Assembly (NCBI GenBank): GCA_030141605.1
Contig: JAQGDQ010001280.1
Location: forward strand, 1 to 49,798
DNA from: Tubiluchus corallicola
Lineage: Eukaryota > Animalia > Priapulida
Direction: 5' to 3'
DNA length: 49,798 nucleotides
Shown: in pieces, positions 38,403 through 48,999 of the stretch
Layout: each line of letters starts with the position of its first letter
How positions within the stretch are numbered: position 1 is the stretch's first letter
Position numbers and translations under genes: made by a program
Notes under the pieces: generated by a model
What the model saw: only the letters and a program-made list of their open reading frames with translations
Database searches by the model: none
Told to the model about the DNA's origin: nothing

Positions 38403-40307
38403 TCAAATGTGTCGCTTACACAATGTAATTGAAATTGCTAACAGAACAAGCGCATAGAGAAATCCCAAACTGAGGCCAAGAATTTTAAATAAGCCAAGAG
38501 AAATTTTTTCGACCGTTTCTAGATATTCTGATGGAAGAGTGCAAATTTTCTCACAAGGGTCAACTTTACAGCACTTTTCAATTCCACCGCAGTCGTTATC
38601 TTTGTTACAAGATGCTTTTGGACATTTGCTTTTCACCAGTTTTTCACTACCAGGACACACACCTTTCTTGATCAGTACACCGCAGTTCACACCAGAAAAT
38701 ACTTTCAGGCACTCACAGCTGTATGTGCTATTTACATTTGTGCATGTTCCGCTGTAGAGACATGGGAATGAGGAACAAGGATCAGTTAGATTACAGTTGG
38801 TCCCCATGTATCCGACTGCACGTGAACACGTATATGATTCTGTCGCATTTAAATTATTGCATGTTCCACCATTCTGGCATGGATTTGAAGAACAAGGAAC
38901 AAACGTTTCACAATTATCTCCAACATATCCTTCTTCACAAGAACATGCATACGAGTTGGTCATATTTGTGCATGTTCCACCGTTCTGGCATGGATTTGAA
39001 GAACAGGGAACAAACGTTTCACAATTATCTCCAACATATCCTTCTTCGCAAGAACATGCATACGAGTTGGTCATATTTGTGCATGTTCCACCGTTCTGGC
39101 ATGGATTTGAAGAACAAGGAACAAACGTTTCACAATTATCTCCAACATATCCTTCTTCGCAAGAACATGCATACGAGTTGGTCATATTTGTGCATGTTCC
39201 ACCGTTCTGGCATGGATTTGAAGAACAGGTGTCAAAGGATTCACAGTTATCTCCAACATATCCTTCTTCACAAGAGCACGTGTATGTGTCCAGCATATTT
39301 GTGCATGTTCCACCACTCTGACATGGATTTGACGAACATGAGTCAAATGTTTCACAATTATATCCAACATATCCTTTTTCACAAGAGCAGGTGTATTTGT
39401 CCGGCATATTTGTGCATGTTCCACCACTTTGACATGGATTTGAAGAACAGGGGTCAAATGTCTCGCAATTATATCCAACATATTCTTTTTCACAAGAGCA
39501 GGTGTAATGGTCCGGCATATTTGTGCATGATCCACCATTCTGACATGGAGTCGAAGAGCAAGGATCAAATGTGCTGCACAACTCATCAACATAACCAACT
39601 GGGCATGTACAATTAAAAGCACTGTAGTAATTATCACATGTTCCGGAGTTCTGACATGGCATAGAGAAGCAAGGATTTCTTCGGTCGTCACAGACTGGCC
39701 CAATCCATTGTATGACGCTTCGGTTGCACTTGCAAATATAGTAGTAAAAATCGAGCTCCTTTTGAGTACTGCATTCGGCAACGTTGTCTCCACATTCTTC
39801 ACATGATAATGAAGGATGACGGACTTCGATTACTATCTCAACAGCAGGATTTGTTGCTGCTTCCTTTCTTTTAAAGGAAACACATAGTGTCGGTAATGAT
39901 GTAGATAATCCAACTTGATACCAGCTTACGTGTTTGTTACAAAAATTCTTAGATCTCCCTTTATGACCTGATGTTAAATTTGCCGAATATATGTATACTG
40001 AGTCGTCATTGCCACATGGAAGGTCCATGTTCCGCAAACCAAAGAATATCGCTTGCCTGGGGTCACTGGAATCTTTTGTAACACACACTTCTCGTAGGAG
40101 AGAGTTGGACCCGTTGTCATTGTACTGCATCGGTTCAGCTATGATAGATACATTTTGAGCTAGAAGTTCCTCTTGATAGTTTTTATTTCCGTCCTTATAC
40201 GGATACAATACTTTAAAATTATTTGGATATTTCTTATTCCAGGGTCTAGTGCTTAAAGTGTTTTTAAAAAGACACAACAAAAATAGCGATGCAAACAATT
40301 TCTTCAT
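38403..40307 (-). CDS. Gene 3: paralog (634 aa). Signal peptide, CUB-like domain, atypical EGF, 9 EGF repeats, WAP, TM, tail cut short by TGA
   Basis: Single ORF starting MKKLFASLFLLCLFKNTLS, same domain order as genes 1 and 2. The stop lies about 5 aa after the TM, but the frame stays open for 63 more codons (to TAG at 38211-38213). Confidence 0.85.
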   Translation of the reverse strand: MKKLFASLFLLCLFKNTLSTRPWNKKYPNNFKVLYPYKDGNKNYQEELLAQNVSIIAEPMQYNDNGSNSLLREVCVTKDSSDPRQAIFFGLRNMDLPCGNDDSVYIYSANLTSGHKGRSKNFCNKHVSWYQVGLSTSLPTLCVSFKRKEAATNPAVEIVIEVRHPSLSCEECGDNVAECSTQKELDFYYYICKCNRSVIQWIGPVCDDRRNPCFSMPCQNSGTCDNYYSAFNCTCPVGYVDELCSTFDPCSSTPCQNGGSCTNMPDHYTCSCEKEYVGYNCETFDPCSSNPCQSGGTCTNMPDKYTCSCEKGYVGYNCETFDSCSSNPCQSGGTCTNMLDTYTCSCEEGYVGDNCESFDTCSSNPCQNGGTCTNMTNSYACSCEEGYVGDNCETFVPCSSNPCQNGGTCTNMTNSYACSCEEGYVGDNCETFVPCSSNPCQNGGTCTNMTNSYACSCEEGYVGDNCETFVPCSSNPCQNGGTCNNLNATESYTCSRAVGYMGTNCNLTDPCSSFPCLYSGTCTNVNSTYSCECLKVFSGVNCGVLIKKGVCPGSEKLVKSKCPKASCNKDNDCGGIEKCCKVDPCEKICTLPSEYLETVEKISLGLFKILGLSLGFLYALVLLAISITLCKRHI

Positions 40308-41599
40308 TTTGCTACCATTTAATTTAGAACACCTAATTCTAAATGAGTGACATTCTTCTAGCTATTCGAAATTGTTAAAAGATAATAAGCAGCAACAATG
40401 AACTTTCCAGGAAAAAACTCGTTCGAACCGAATTCGAACGCCCCAAATTCACTATGAATGTTACGCTATTGGACCCTACACTAATATTTTTACTTTATTA
40501 CAAACAAGAAAAAAGAATCTTCATACTGAAAAGTTGACAACTACATGTTTTCACACTTAAATTTGTGCTATCGATTTAAAACTAAAATATACACGCCGTG
40601 GTTGCAAAATTGATTTTTTATGGACTTTCCAGGACAGTGTTATGTCAGTAATGTGTAGCCCAAGATTGTGATGACCCTGATCCTGTATTTCCTCTAGGGG
40701 AATCGAAGAGGGGGCATGCTGCGTTAATTTTACATCTCATAACAAAAGGGAGCTAGTATCATAGTCTCTAAATGTATGGATGCAGATTGGCCTAAGGCGG
40801 ATGTTAAAAATACGGGGGAATATGGTCTATTTGCACTCTATACACTAGTGGATCTGAAGAAAAAGAAAGATCAAATAGCAGATATTAAAATAATTAATCA
40901 AACAATTTAATCATCAACAAATTCCAAGTGATTCGAGTTAAGCAAAAGTTCAGTAATAACAAAGATATAGCAATATTGCCAAAGCTTGGGGTTAGTAGGG
41001 TATATACGTTTGCATGAAGTTCATGTCTGCCAACTATGTACCTAGGTTTTTTTGGAACACTTTTTCTTTAAAGCGAACAGTTTGTAGAACGGTAGCAATA
41101 CGTCGTAATATAACCTCTGCGTTTGAATACAGTTGTGATTCCAAGCTTCGTCAGAGAAACTACCAATTAGTCTTTATACAGCAAGTAGCATCGAAGAACA
41201 TTAGGCTAGTAAACGTGATGTTTACGTTATCAGCGTGACGTTAGTTATGATCGTAACAAAAACGAAAAGTACCTGTTACCACCCTGGATGTGGTTCTGTA
41301 GTAGGTCGATCCATTTGTCAGTCAGTGGCTAACTCCACTACTGCAGACTTCAGGCCAGCATCTCTGGGACAACTCTGGTTGACGACCACAGGTTACAACA
41401 ACTAGGCTCTCACAGTATCACCATGTACATTACACACCATATCTTGTGTGAAAATTTCTAGTACGGCATATAACTTCACAGAGACGAGTAAACGACCTGT
41501 CTCGTTCTCTGTCAAGGTGCCGTCTATATTTTAACAGTGTAGAACGAAGTTCATCGAGAAGCCACTCGCTTAAAGAGCTATAATTTTATTCACCTGTGC

Positions 41600-42210
41600 A
41601 CTTTCGTAAACCTTGACTTAGCTACTGCGTTACAGCCACGATAGGGCAGACAAGAGTGGGTCAGAGGGAATTCAAAAGGGGGTTTGTTAGTAGGTGCCTA
41701 CATCCTAATAAAATATCAATAATTAATAATACAATTAACTATCACTGCCAGTAGCTAAATATCATACATATCAACTAATTAAACATACAGTATGAATAGG
41801 GCTTAATGTTGCATAAGCATAATGTGAGAACTATTAAATATAGGGCGAAACATGACAACGATATTTAAAGTTGTCTGTCGTGGTTGGATTGTGATTTCAC
41901 ATGGAAATATAAAAGTCGATAGGAATAGTGCAAGGTGGCTAGAGATTAACATATATTTTGCTTTGTCATAACTATCTTTGAGCTTATTTGCTGCATCCAG
42001 GAATTGCATCCATTTTTGTTAGTTCTGCATTGACTTTAAGTTATAATCTAGTTATGTTAGACACAATTAGAAGTATCGTTAATATACATTAAGAAAAATA
42101 AAGGCACAAGGGCAGATCCTTGTGGCAGCCCACATTTTACATCTGTAATTTCCGTGTAAGAGTTATTGATGAAAGTAAATTGTTTCCTACTTTGTAAATA
42201 TTATTTAATA
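41600..42210 (-). mobile_element. Decayed LINE reverse transcriptase fragment (CR1/L2 group)
   Basis: YLQSRKQFTFIN...CGLPQGSALVPLFFLMYIND matches the GVPQGSxLGPxLFxxYIND motif. The downstream boundary is approximate. Confidence 0.65.
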
Positions 42211-43052
42211 ATTTCTAGTTTGGATTAATACATTTTCGTAAGTATGGTTTGCATCGACATAACGATGTATAAAACGTGTAAATTTAAACTCCCGCGATGA
42301 CCGTTAGGCGCAGCCATTTCAATGGTAGGTCATTTGAAACAAGTTTTGATAACATTAAGTAAAGGTTGAAAAAATAATAAGAGTGTTCATAGCACACATC
42401 TTGCTAACTAAGTAAAATTTTAAATTACTGTGTCTTTTCATCAAGATTAAAAATTCCTTTTTTACTAGTGAGTGGCGCGCCCTGGAGGGTGAGTCAGCGA
42501 CATTTTACCAATTGGCATAAACATTTTGAATTATTAGTGTAGTTACATAAGTCTTTCCAGCGGATAAGTGAAATGCTAAGTAATATAGATTTGCATGGAA
42601 AGATCTTGGGACGCAATTTAACATTTCTTTTTATTCCCCTAATTTACGTGGCGTAGTGAGTAGTATTGGAACAGTATTGCAAAAGATTTAAAATGAAGAC
42701 AAAAAATTCCTTTCAACACGAACACGATATACGTATAAAAATGCTGCAAAGTAATGTAATTATAAAGGCGACTTTTCTGTAACCTACTTCAGGTACCCCT
42801 TTTCTTGTCCTTTTAAACCAAATTCCCCTCGCCAAGGAAATAAGCCATTGCACATGCGCACGTGCATTCGTCAGATAACATAACAAAATTGCTGATTCAA
42901 TCTAGTCATTTAATCTAGGATATTACATACTTCCATACAGACAGTAATGTGCATTGTATACTGCCTGCAGTAGGATTTTCTACAACTGAGTAAAAAAGTT
43001 TCCAGCAATAATTTAGCTGTTCCTGTGTGAAGTTAGTCTGGACTTTCTATCT

Positions 43053-45729
43053 TTATTTGTTGTCTACTGATCGACCTTCTAGCCATTCATAGTCTGTGTC
43101 TGATTCTTCCTCTTCCTGTTTTCTTTGTGATTCTTCTTCCTCGTTTAACCACGTTGAAGATACCACAGCAGGTTGTATTTGCATTCGTCGTAGATGAAGT
43201 GTAGTTAAGCCTGTTATCAAAATAATAATGTATAGAAAAGACATAGTGATGCCAAAATTCCAAATATGTTCAGCGATGCCTTCTGGGTTTTTTCCATCAG
43301 CTTTTAAGTAACCTGGTGGACGAATGCAGATTTTGCCACAAGATTCGTACTCACAGCATTTTTCAATTCCACCACAATCATTATCGGTGCTACAAGACGC
43401 AGTTAGACATTTGCTTTAATCAAGTTTCTCCCTACTGGGACATACTCCTTCCTTAATCAGTATGTTGCAATTTTCACCAGAAAAAGGTTCGAGACATTTA
43501 CACCTGTAAATGCTGTCTTCACTAGTGCATGTTCCACTGTACAGACATGGAAAAGAGGTACACGGATCAGATAAGTGGCAATTGGTACCTTGATATCCTT
43601 GTGCACGTGAACAAATGTATGCCTCAGTCATATATGCTTTAATACACGTTCCACCATTCTGACATGGATTTGAAGAGCAATGATCAAATACGTTACAGTT
43701 AGTTCCTGTATACCCTTGTGCACAAGAGCATGTGTATGAGTTCGTCATATTATTGCAGGTTGTACCATTTTGACATGGATTTGAAGAGCAAGGATCAAAT
43801 ACGTTACAGTTAGTTCCTGTATACCCTTGTGCACAAGAGCATGTGTATGAGTTCGTCATATTATTGCAGGTTCCACCATTCAGACATGGATTTGAAGAGC
43901 AAGGATCAAATACGTTACAGTTAGTTCCTGTATACCCTTGTGCACAAGAGCATGTGTATGAGTTCGTCATATTATTGCATGTTCCACTATTTTGACATGG
44001 ATTTGAAGAGTAAGGATCAAATACGTTACAGTCAGTTCCTGCATATCCTTGTGCACAAGAGCATGTGTATGAGTTCGTCATATTATTGCATGTTCCACCA
44101 TTTTGACACGGATTTGAAGAGCACGGATCAAATACGTCACAGTTAGTTCCTGTATACCCTTGTGCACAAGAGCACGTGTATGAGTTCGTCATATTATTGC
44201 ATGTTCCACCATTTTGACACGGATTTGAAGAGCAAGGATCAAATGCGTTACAATTAGTTCCTGTATACCCTTGTGCACAAGAGCATGTGTATGAGTTCGT
44301 CATATTGTTGCAGGTTCCACCATTTTGACATGGATTTGAAGAGCAAGGATCAAATACGTTACAGTCAGTTCCCGTATATCCTTTTCACAAGAGCATGTGT
44401 ATGAGTTCGTCATACTATTGCAGGTTCCACCATTTTGACATGGATTTGAAGAGCAAGGATGAAATACGTTACAATTACTTCCAATATATCCTTGTGCACA
44501 AGAGCACATATATGTGTCAGTTGAATTTTTGCATGAACCACCATTCAGACATGGATTTGAAGAGCACGGATGAAATACGTTACAATTACTTCCAATATAA
44601 CTTTGTGCACAAGTACAAATGCATGAGACAGTTGTATATTCGCATGAACCACCATTCAGACATGGATTTGAAGAACAAGGGTCGATTATATTACAGTTAG
44701 TTCCAGTATATCCTTGTGCACAAGAGCAAGTGTATGAATCAATTGAATTTTCGCACGAACCACCATTCAGACACGGATTTGAAGAGCAGTGGTCAAACGT
44801 GTCACAGTTGTTTCCGGTATATCCTTGCACGCAGTTACAAATGGACGGAAAGTTGTATTTTCACATGAACCGCCATTCAGACACGGACTCGAAGAGCACG
44901 GATCAAATGTGTCACAATTAGTTCCTGTGTATCCTTCCGCACACATACATCTGTATGTAGGCGCGTATCTAGGCGTGTAGCTATTTACACACGATGCACC
45001 ATTCTGACATGGCTTTGAAGCACAAGGAATGGTCATATCACTATAATAATGACCACTCGCTGCACTGAAACTGGGGCAATTGAAATCATCGTAATAATTA
45101 TTGCATGTTTCAGACTCTTGACAGGGCAATGAGAGACAAACTTCTCGACACTGTATAGAGTCTCTCTCGCATCTGCAGTCGTCGTAAGGAAATGGTGCCT
45201 TACGTCTTTGAACACAATCTCTAGAATTTTCTCTACAATCAGCACAAGTACTAGAGAGTTGCTGAACTTGGACAACCAGTTCAAAAACAGGATTTGTTCC
45301 TGATTGCAGTACATATCTTCTGAAGTTCAAACATAGCATTGGCAGTTCAGATAGTCCAATGGGAAACCATCTCTTGTTACACAGTTTTCTAGCATTTTTG
45401 AAAGTTGCAAAACTCGTCGAATACACGCTTACATAGTTGGCATCACACGGAAGATCAGCACTCCGCAAACGAAAGTACAACTTTTGCTCGGGGTCACTAA
45501 CGTTTCTTATGAAACATACTTGTCTCAAGACCAAAAATGAATCAATGTCTTTGTAAAAGAGTGTGTCAGCTATAAGAGAAACGTTTTAAACAGGTCGTAA
45601 TTGTGGACTATCTGTTCTATAGGGATACATTGTAATAACGTTATTTGGAACATTAACATTTAATTCTCTGCTGGTAATTATCCTACTGGAAGAATAAAGC
45701 AAAAGCACCAGAACTAATGTTTCCTCCAT
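43053..45729 (-). pseudogene. Gene 4: disrupted paralog with about 15 EGF repeats, WAP, TM and an acidic tail
   Basis: ATG at 45729 reads MEETLVLVLLLYSSSRIITSRELNVNVPNNVITMYPY. In-frame TAA at 45586-45588 (PV*N where genes 1 and 2 have PAQN). 1-nt frameshifts near 44845 and 44383. In-frame TAA at 43416-43418 inside the WAP (EKLD*SKC, gene 3 EKLVKSKC). WAP, TM and tail continue to 43053. This joins ORF-track pieces 44767-45534, 44300-44830, 43416-44303 and 43053-43244. Confidence 0.85.
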
Positions 45730-46243
45730 TTTTGCTGTCAGTTATTTTAGAGATTATCTTAAATGAATCACATTTTCCTGCTGACTAATGAAAGTGGACA
45801 AAAATACTTAAAACAGCGATTGGAAGGGCTAATGTTTGTGATAGAGCTCTGCAATAGAGAAAGTTAGATAATTGCGCTATTTAAGATATGAATTTACAAA
45901 CAAAATTGTGCAATTTACAATGTACATTGTGTCAAAACGTGAAATATATTGTTAGGCTTTTGTTTGGAATGCCGTGGGGAGTTTGAAATCATGCAATGCA
46001 ATATCCAAGGTTCTCCTACTCCAAAAATGAGCATAATGACAGACATTGAACAAGCGAAGTAAGTTTTAACATTTATAAGCTTCGGACAGCTGATTACAGA
46101 AGACAAGAAAAATGATCAAGAAATCATTTATCATCAGTTGCAAGAAGTAGTAGAAAAAGAAGATGAAGAAGAAGGACAAAAGAAAGAATTGTTCCATGCC
46201 TATGAGATCGTGGTTAAACCGTGCTGTATCTATATTGTTGTCT

Positions 46244-46313
46244 ATCACGTTGAAAACACCGGTTCTCGTCTGATCACCGAAGTTAAGCAACCTAGAATAC
46301 CAGGTTTTGTAGG
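46244..46313 (+). pseudogene. 5S rRNA-derived sequence with an internal deletion
   Basis: ATCACGTTGAAAACACCGGTTCTCGTCTGATCACCGAAGTTAAGCAAC (5S 5' half with box A) is joined to GAATACCAGGTTTTGTAGG (5S 3' end). Confidence 0.85.
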
Positions 46314-46716
46314 GTTGCGGGGTGCCCACACTGTATCTTGACACTAGGCGGAGGGGTTGCACAAGCAGCCAACGGCTAGAGGGACCCATGTGCAGGAGTG
46401 GAGCCCCGAAGGCGGACCAGTGTAGCATGCTCACTGACTCCGGCTGCTCCTGTAGCCAACCTGGTGCCAAACGTATCGCTCCACTTTTCTTTGGGCTACA
46501 CCAGGGAGGAAGAGAGGGGGTTCCTGTTGTCTGGTCAACTCATGTTCTCCATACACCTTGCCCAGGCGTGCACCCTAGAGAGCCTACTCCAATGGTTTAA
46601 GGATCGGATTGCTCAGCCACAGTCGACGCTGCAGCTCCATCAATGTGATCAATAACTGACTCTCTTGACGCACTCTCCATTGTCTTCCAAGACAGAAGGA
46701 TATCAACAGCAACAAT
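46244..46716 (+). mobile_element. Candidate 5S-derived SINE (SINE3)
   Basis: 5S head, GC-rich body of about 390 bp, and a CAACAGCAACAA tail. Confidence 0.55.
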
Positions 46717-47270
46717 ATTACGCTGTGAAGCAATGTCAAGTCTACACAAATGCGCTGTCTTGTCGCACTTGACCTTTGACCTTTGTCCCTTTCACAATCA
46801 CCATCAATCGCTGGAACTGAGAAAAGGCTTGTTAACTTTGTTGTTTCTTGGAGCTAAACATCAAATCACTTGCACTGCAATTTGCTTTTGATACTAGCAT
46901 TGTTATTAGTTGGGCTACATGGTTATCACCAACTGAAGTAAAAGCACTAGCTAGCTAGATGGGTTGCACGAACATGTGTAGCATACAGCAACAAATTTTG
47001 AACGTTTGTGTCGCGTCAGAATGTAATAAAGCAACTATTTTGTAAAGATATGAAGCAACCGACTGCGAATAAATTTTTGTAAATTATTGTAGTAGTGGTC
47101 AAAATTATTGGAATTTCTTCAATAATTCACTCATATAAATTAGTATTCTTAAATAATTGCACATTGGAATTTATTCGTTTCTCAAATTCATATAGAGCCT
47201 TATTACGTGGGGATGAATAATGACTAATATTACTGTATTATATTATTTACTATATTATTTACTATATTAG

Positions 47271-48044
47271 TCAGATGGCCTTGTTGAAAGGTTTAATAGA
47301 ACCTTACAACAAATGTTAGGTATATTGGTAAATGAACATAGGGATGATTGGGACGATCATTTGCCATACGTCCTAACGGCTTATAGAGCCACAGCTCACG
47401 CATCTACGGGCTGCTCTCCTAACCTAATGATGTTTGGGAGGGAGAACAATATACCCTTAGATATTATGGTAGGGTCACCTCCACAGCCAGAGAGGCCAAC
47501 TCACTGTCCTCATGAATACGTAGAATGGACCAAGGATGTGTTAAGAGATGCACATGAGTTTGCCCGCAATTCACTCCGCAAAGCAGCAGAGAGACAGAAA
47601 AGAGATTATGATACCAATGTTAAGTCCATGCAGATTAAAGAGGGTGATTGCGTATGGTATTTTTGTCCACTGGCACTCTCAAGAAAGTTAGGCCAAGGGT
47701 GGCAAGGTCCATATCTTGTCTTAACCAAGATTAATGGTCTTACACATAAAATTAAAAAAGATGCGAAATCAAATCCCAAAGTCGTTCATATAGATAATTT
47801 GAAGCAGTATTTTGGTGATAAAACACCTATGGATTGGACCATGTTAAACAATGTGCCCTCAGACCATACAGAGTTAAAAGCAGAAGAAAATGTTTCATTT
47901 TTGGGAGAAGATTGTGTTACAGGGGAGCAGCCATGCGAACCTGAAGAAGCTACATTTTATGATTCTGCTTCTGGCTTTGAAACAGAAACCCAGCTTAGCA
48001 GAGGTGCTAGAGTGCGAAAACCACCTATACAACAAGACTTATAA
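47271..48044 (+). mobile_element. Ty3/Gypsy pol 3' fragment: integrase C-terminal half with GPY module
   Basis: SDGLVERFNRTL, WDDHLPYVLTAYR, HASTGCSP, FGRE, WQGPYLV and VVHIDNLK motifs. 5'-truncated. Confidence 0.9.
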
Positions 48045-48212
48045 GTCATTATGAAATCCGCCTTGGGCAAGGCGTTAAAATGCATCCATCCACACTAATG
48101 GGAGGACTGTTGCTCTGAAAATCGCTCTTCTGGTGGCATCAGAGATTTTAATACATAGTGCATAGAAACATTTTAAAACATAAATCTTTATGTTTTTTTT
48201 ATTTTGTTTCAG

Positions 48213-48452
48213 ATGAATACACCCACCCATACATCACGATTCAAATGTTACAAATGCACTTTTAATGATGGATCGTTGCAAGCAATGTCACGACACTGGA
48301 AGCAATGTCACGCCGGTCAGGCGATGCCCCAGAGATGGACATTAATGGGAACAGCTGAATTAATGCCGCTGATGGCCAGAGACAATGGCCAGGGACATTA
48401 TGGAGCTCATAGCCTTGGCAGGCCATCACCTCAGCCATCTCCTGCAGTTTGA
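48213..48452 (+). other. Short ORF with a C2H2 zinc finger behind a splice acceptor, downstream of the Gypsy pol
   Basis: TTTTTTTATTTTGTTTCAG|ATG, then CYKC-x12-H-x4-H. Confidence 0.45.
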
Positions 48453-48999
48453 ATTCACACTAGGGTTAAACAACCAATAGCCCTATGGCGTCGTCCGCAA
48501 CCACTAGTCCCTCTGAGGAGATATGATGGAAAAGGTAATAGTAGTGCAACAAATGGCTCATATGTGACATCCAAGCTACCGTCCCTTATCCAAAAAACTA
48601 TCTGGATTGGAAGAGAGTATATGGAATTGCAGAATCAGGTGATGGAGGAAATATATAATATGTTGGTTCCTGTGGACCCAAGACCATGAACCCAAGACCA
48701 AGACCAAAGACAAAAGCACATCTGCCACTACTAATGTGGAATATTCGGTGTTAAACCAAACCCACTGCTGATTCCAACAGGGTGAAGTCGCCATGTAAAA
48801 ATAGAACTATGAGACAAAGGTCTTCCAAAGAGCGATTGGGTAAAGAAAGTTTCCCGACCAATGAGAAAATAGTAAAAGTGGGACAAGCTTCTTCTGATGT
48901 AGTGGAAACTGAAGTCACACATATATAATAATAATATAGGTATGTTAACACTGTATTTTGAAAGATATATATTTTAAAGAAATGTATATCTTTCAAACC

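Noticed and set aside
25917-45729. Naming the genes Notch, Delta/Serrate, Crumbs or fibropellin
   Set aside because: No LNR/ankyrin, DSL, laminin G or avidin domains are visible, so no gene symbol is justified.
46244-46313. Functional 5S rRNA gene
   Set aside because: The 5' end is missing, the internal control region is deleted and there is no oligo-T terminator.
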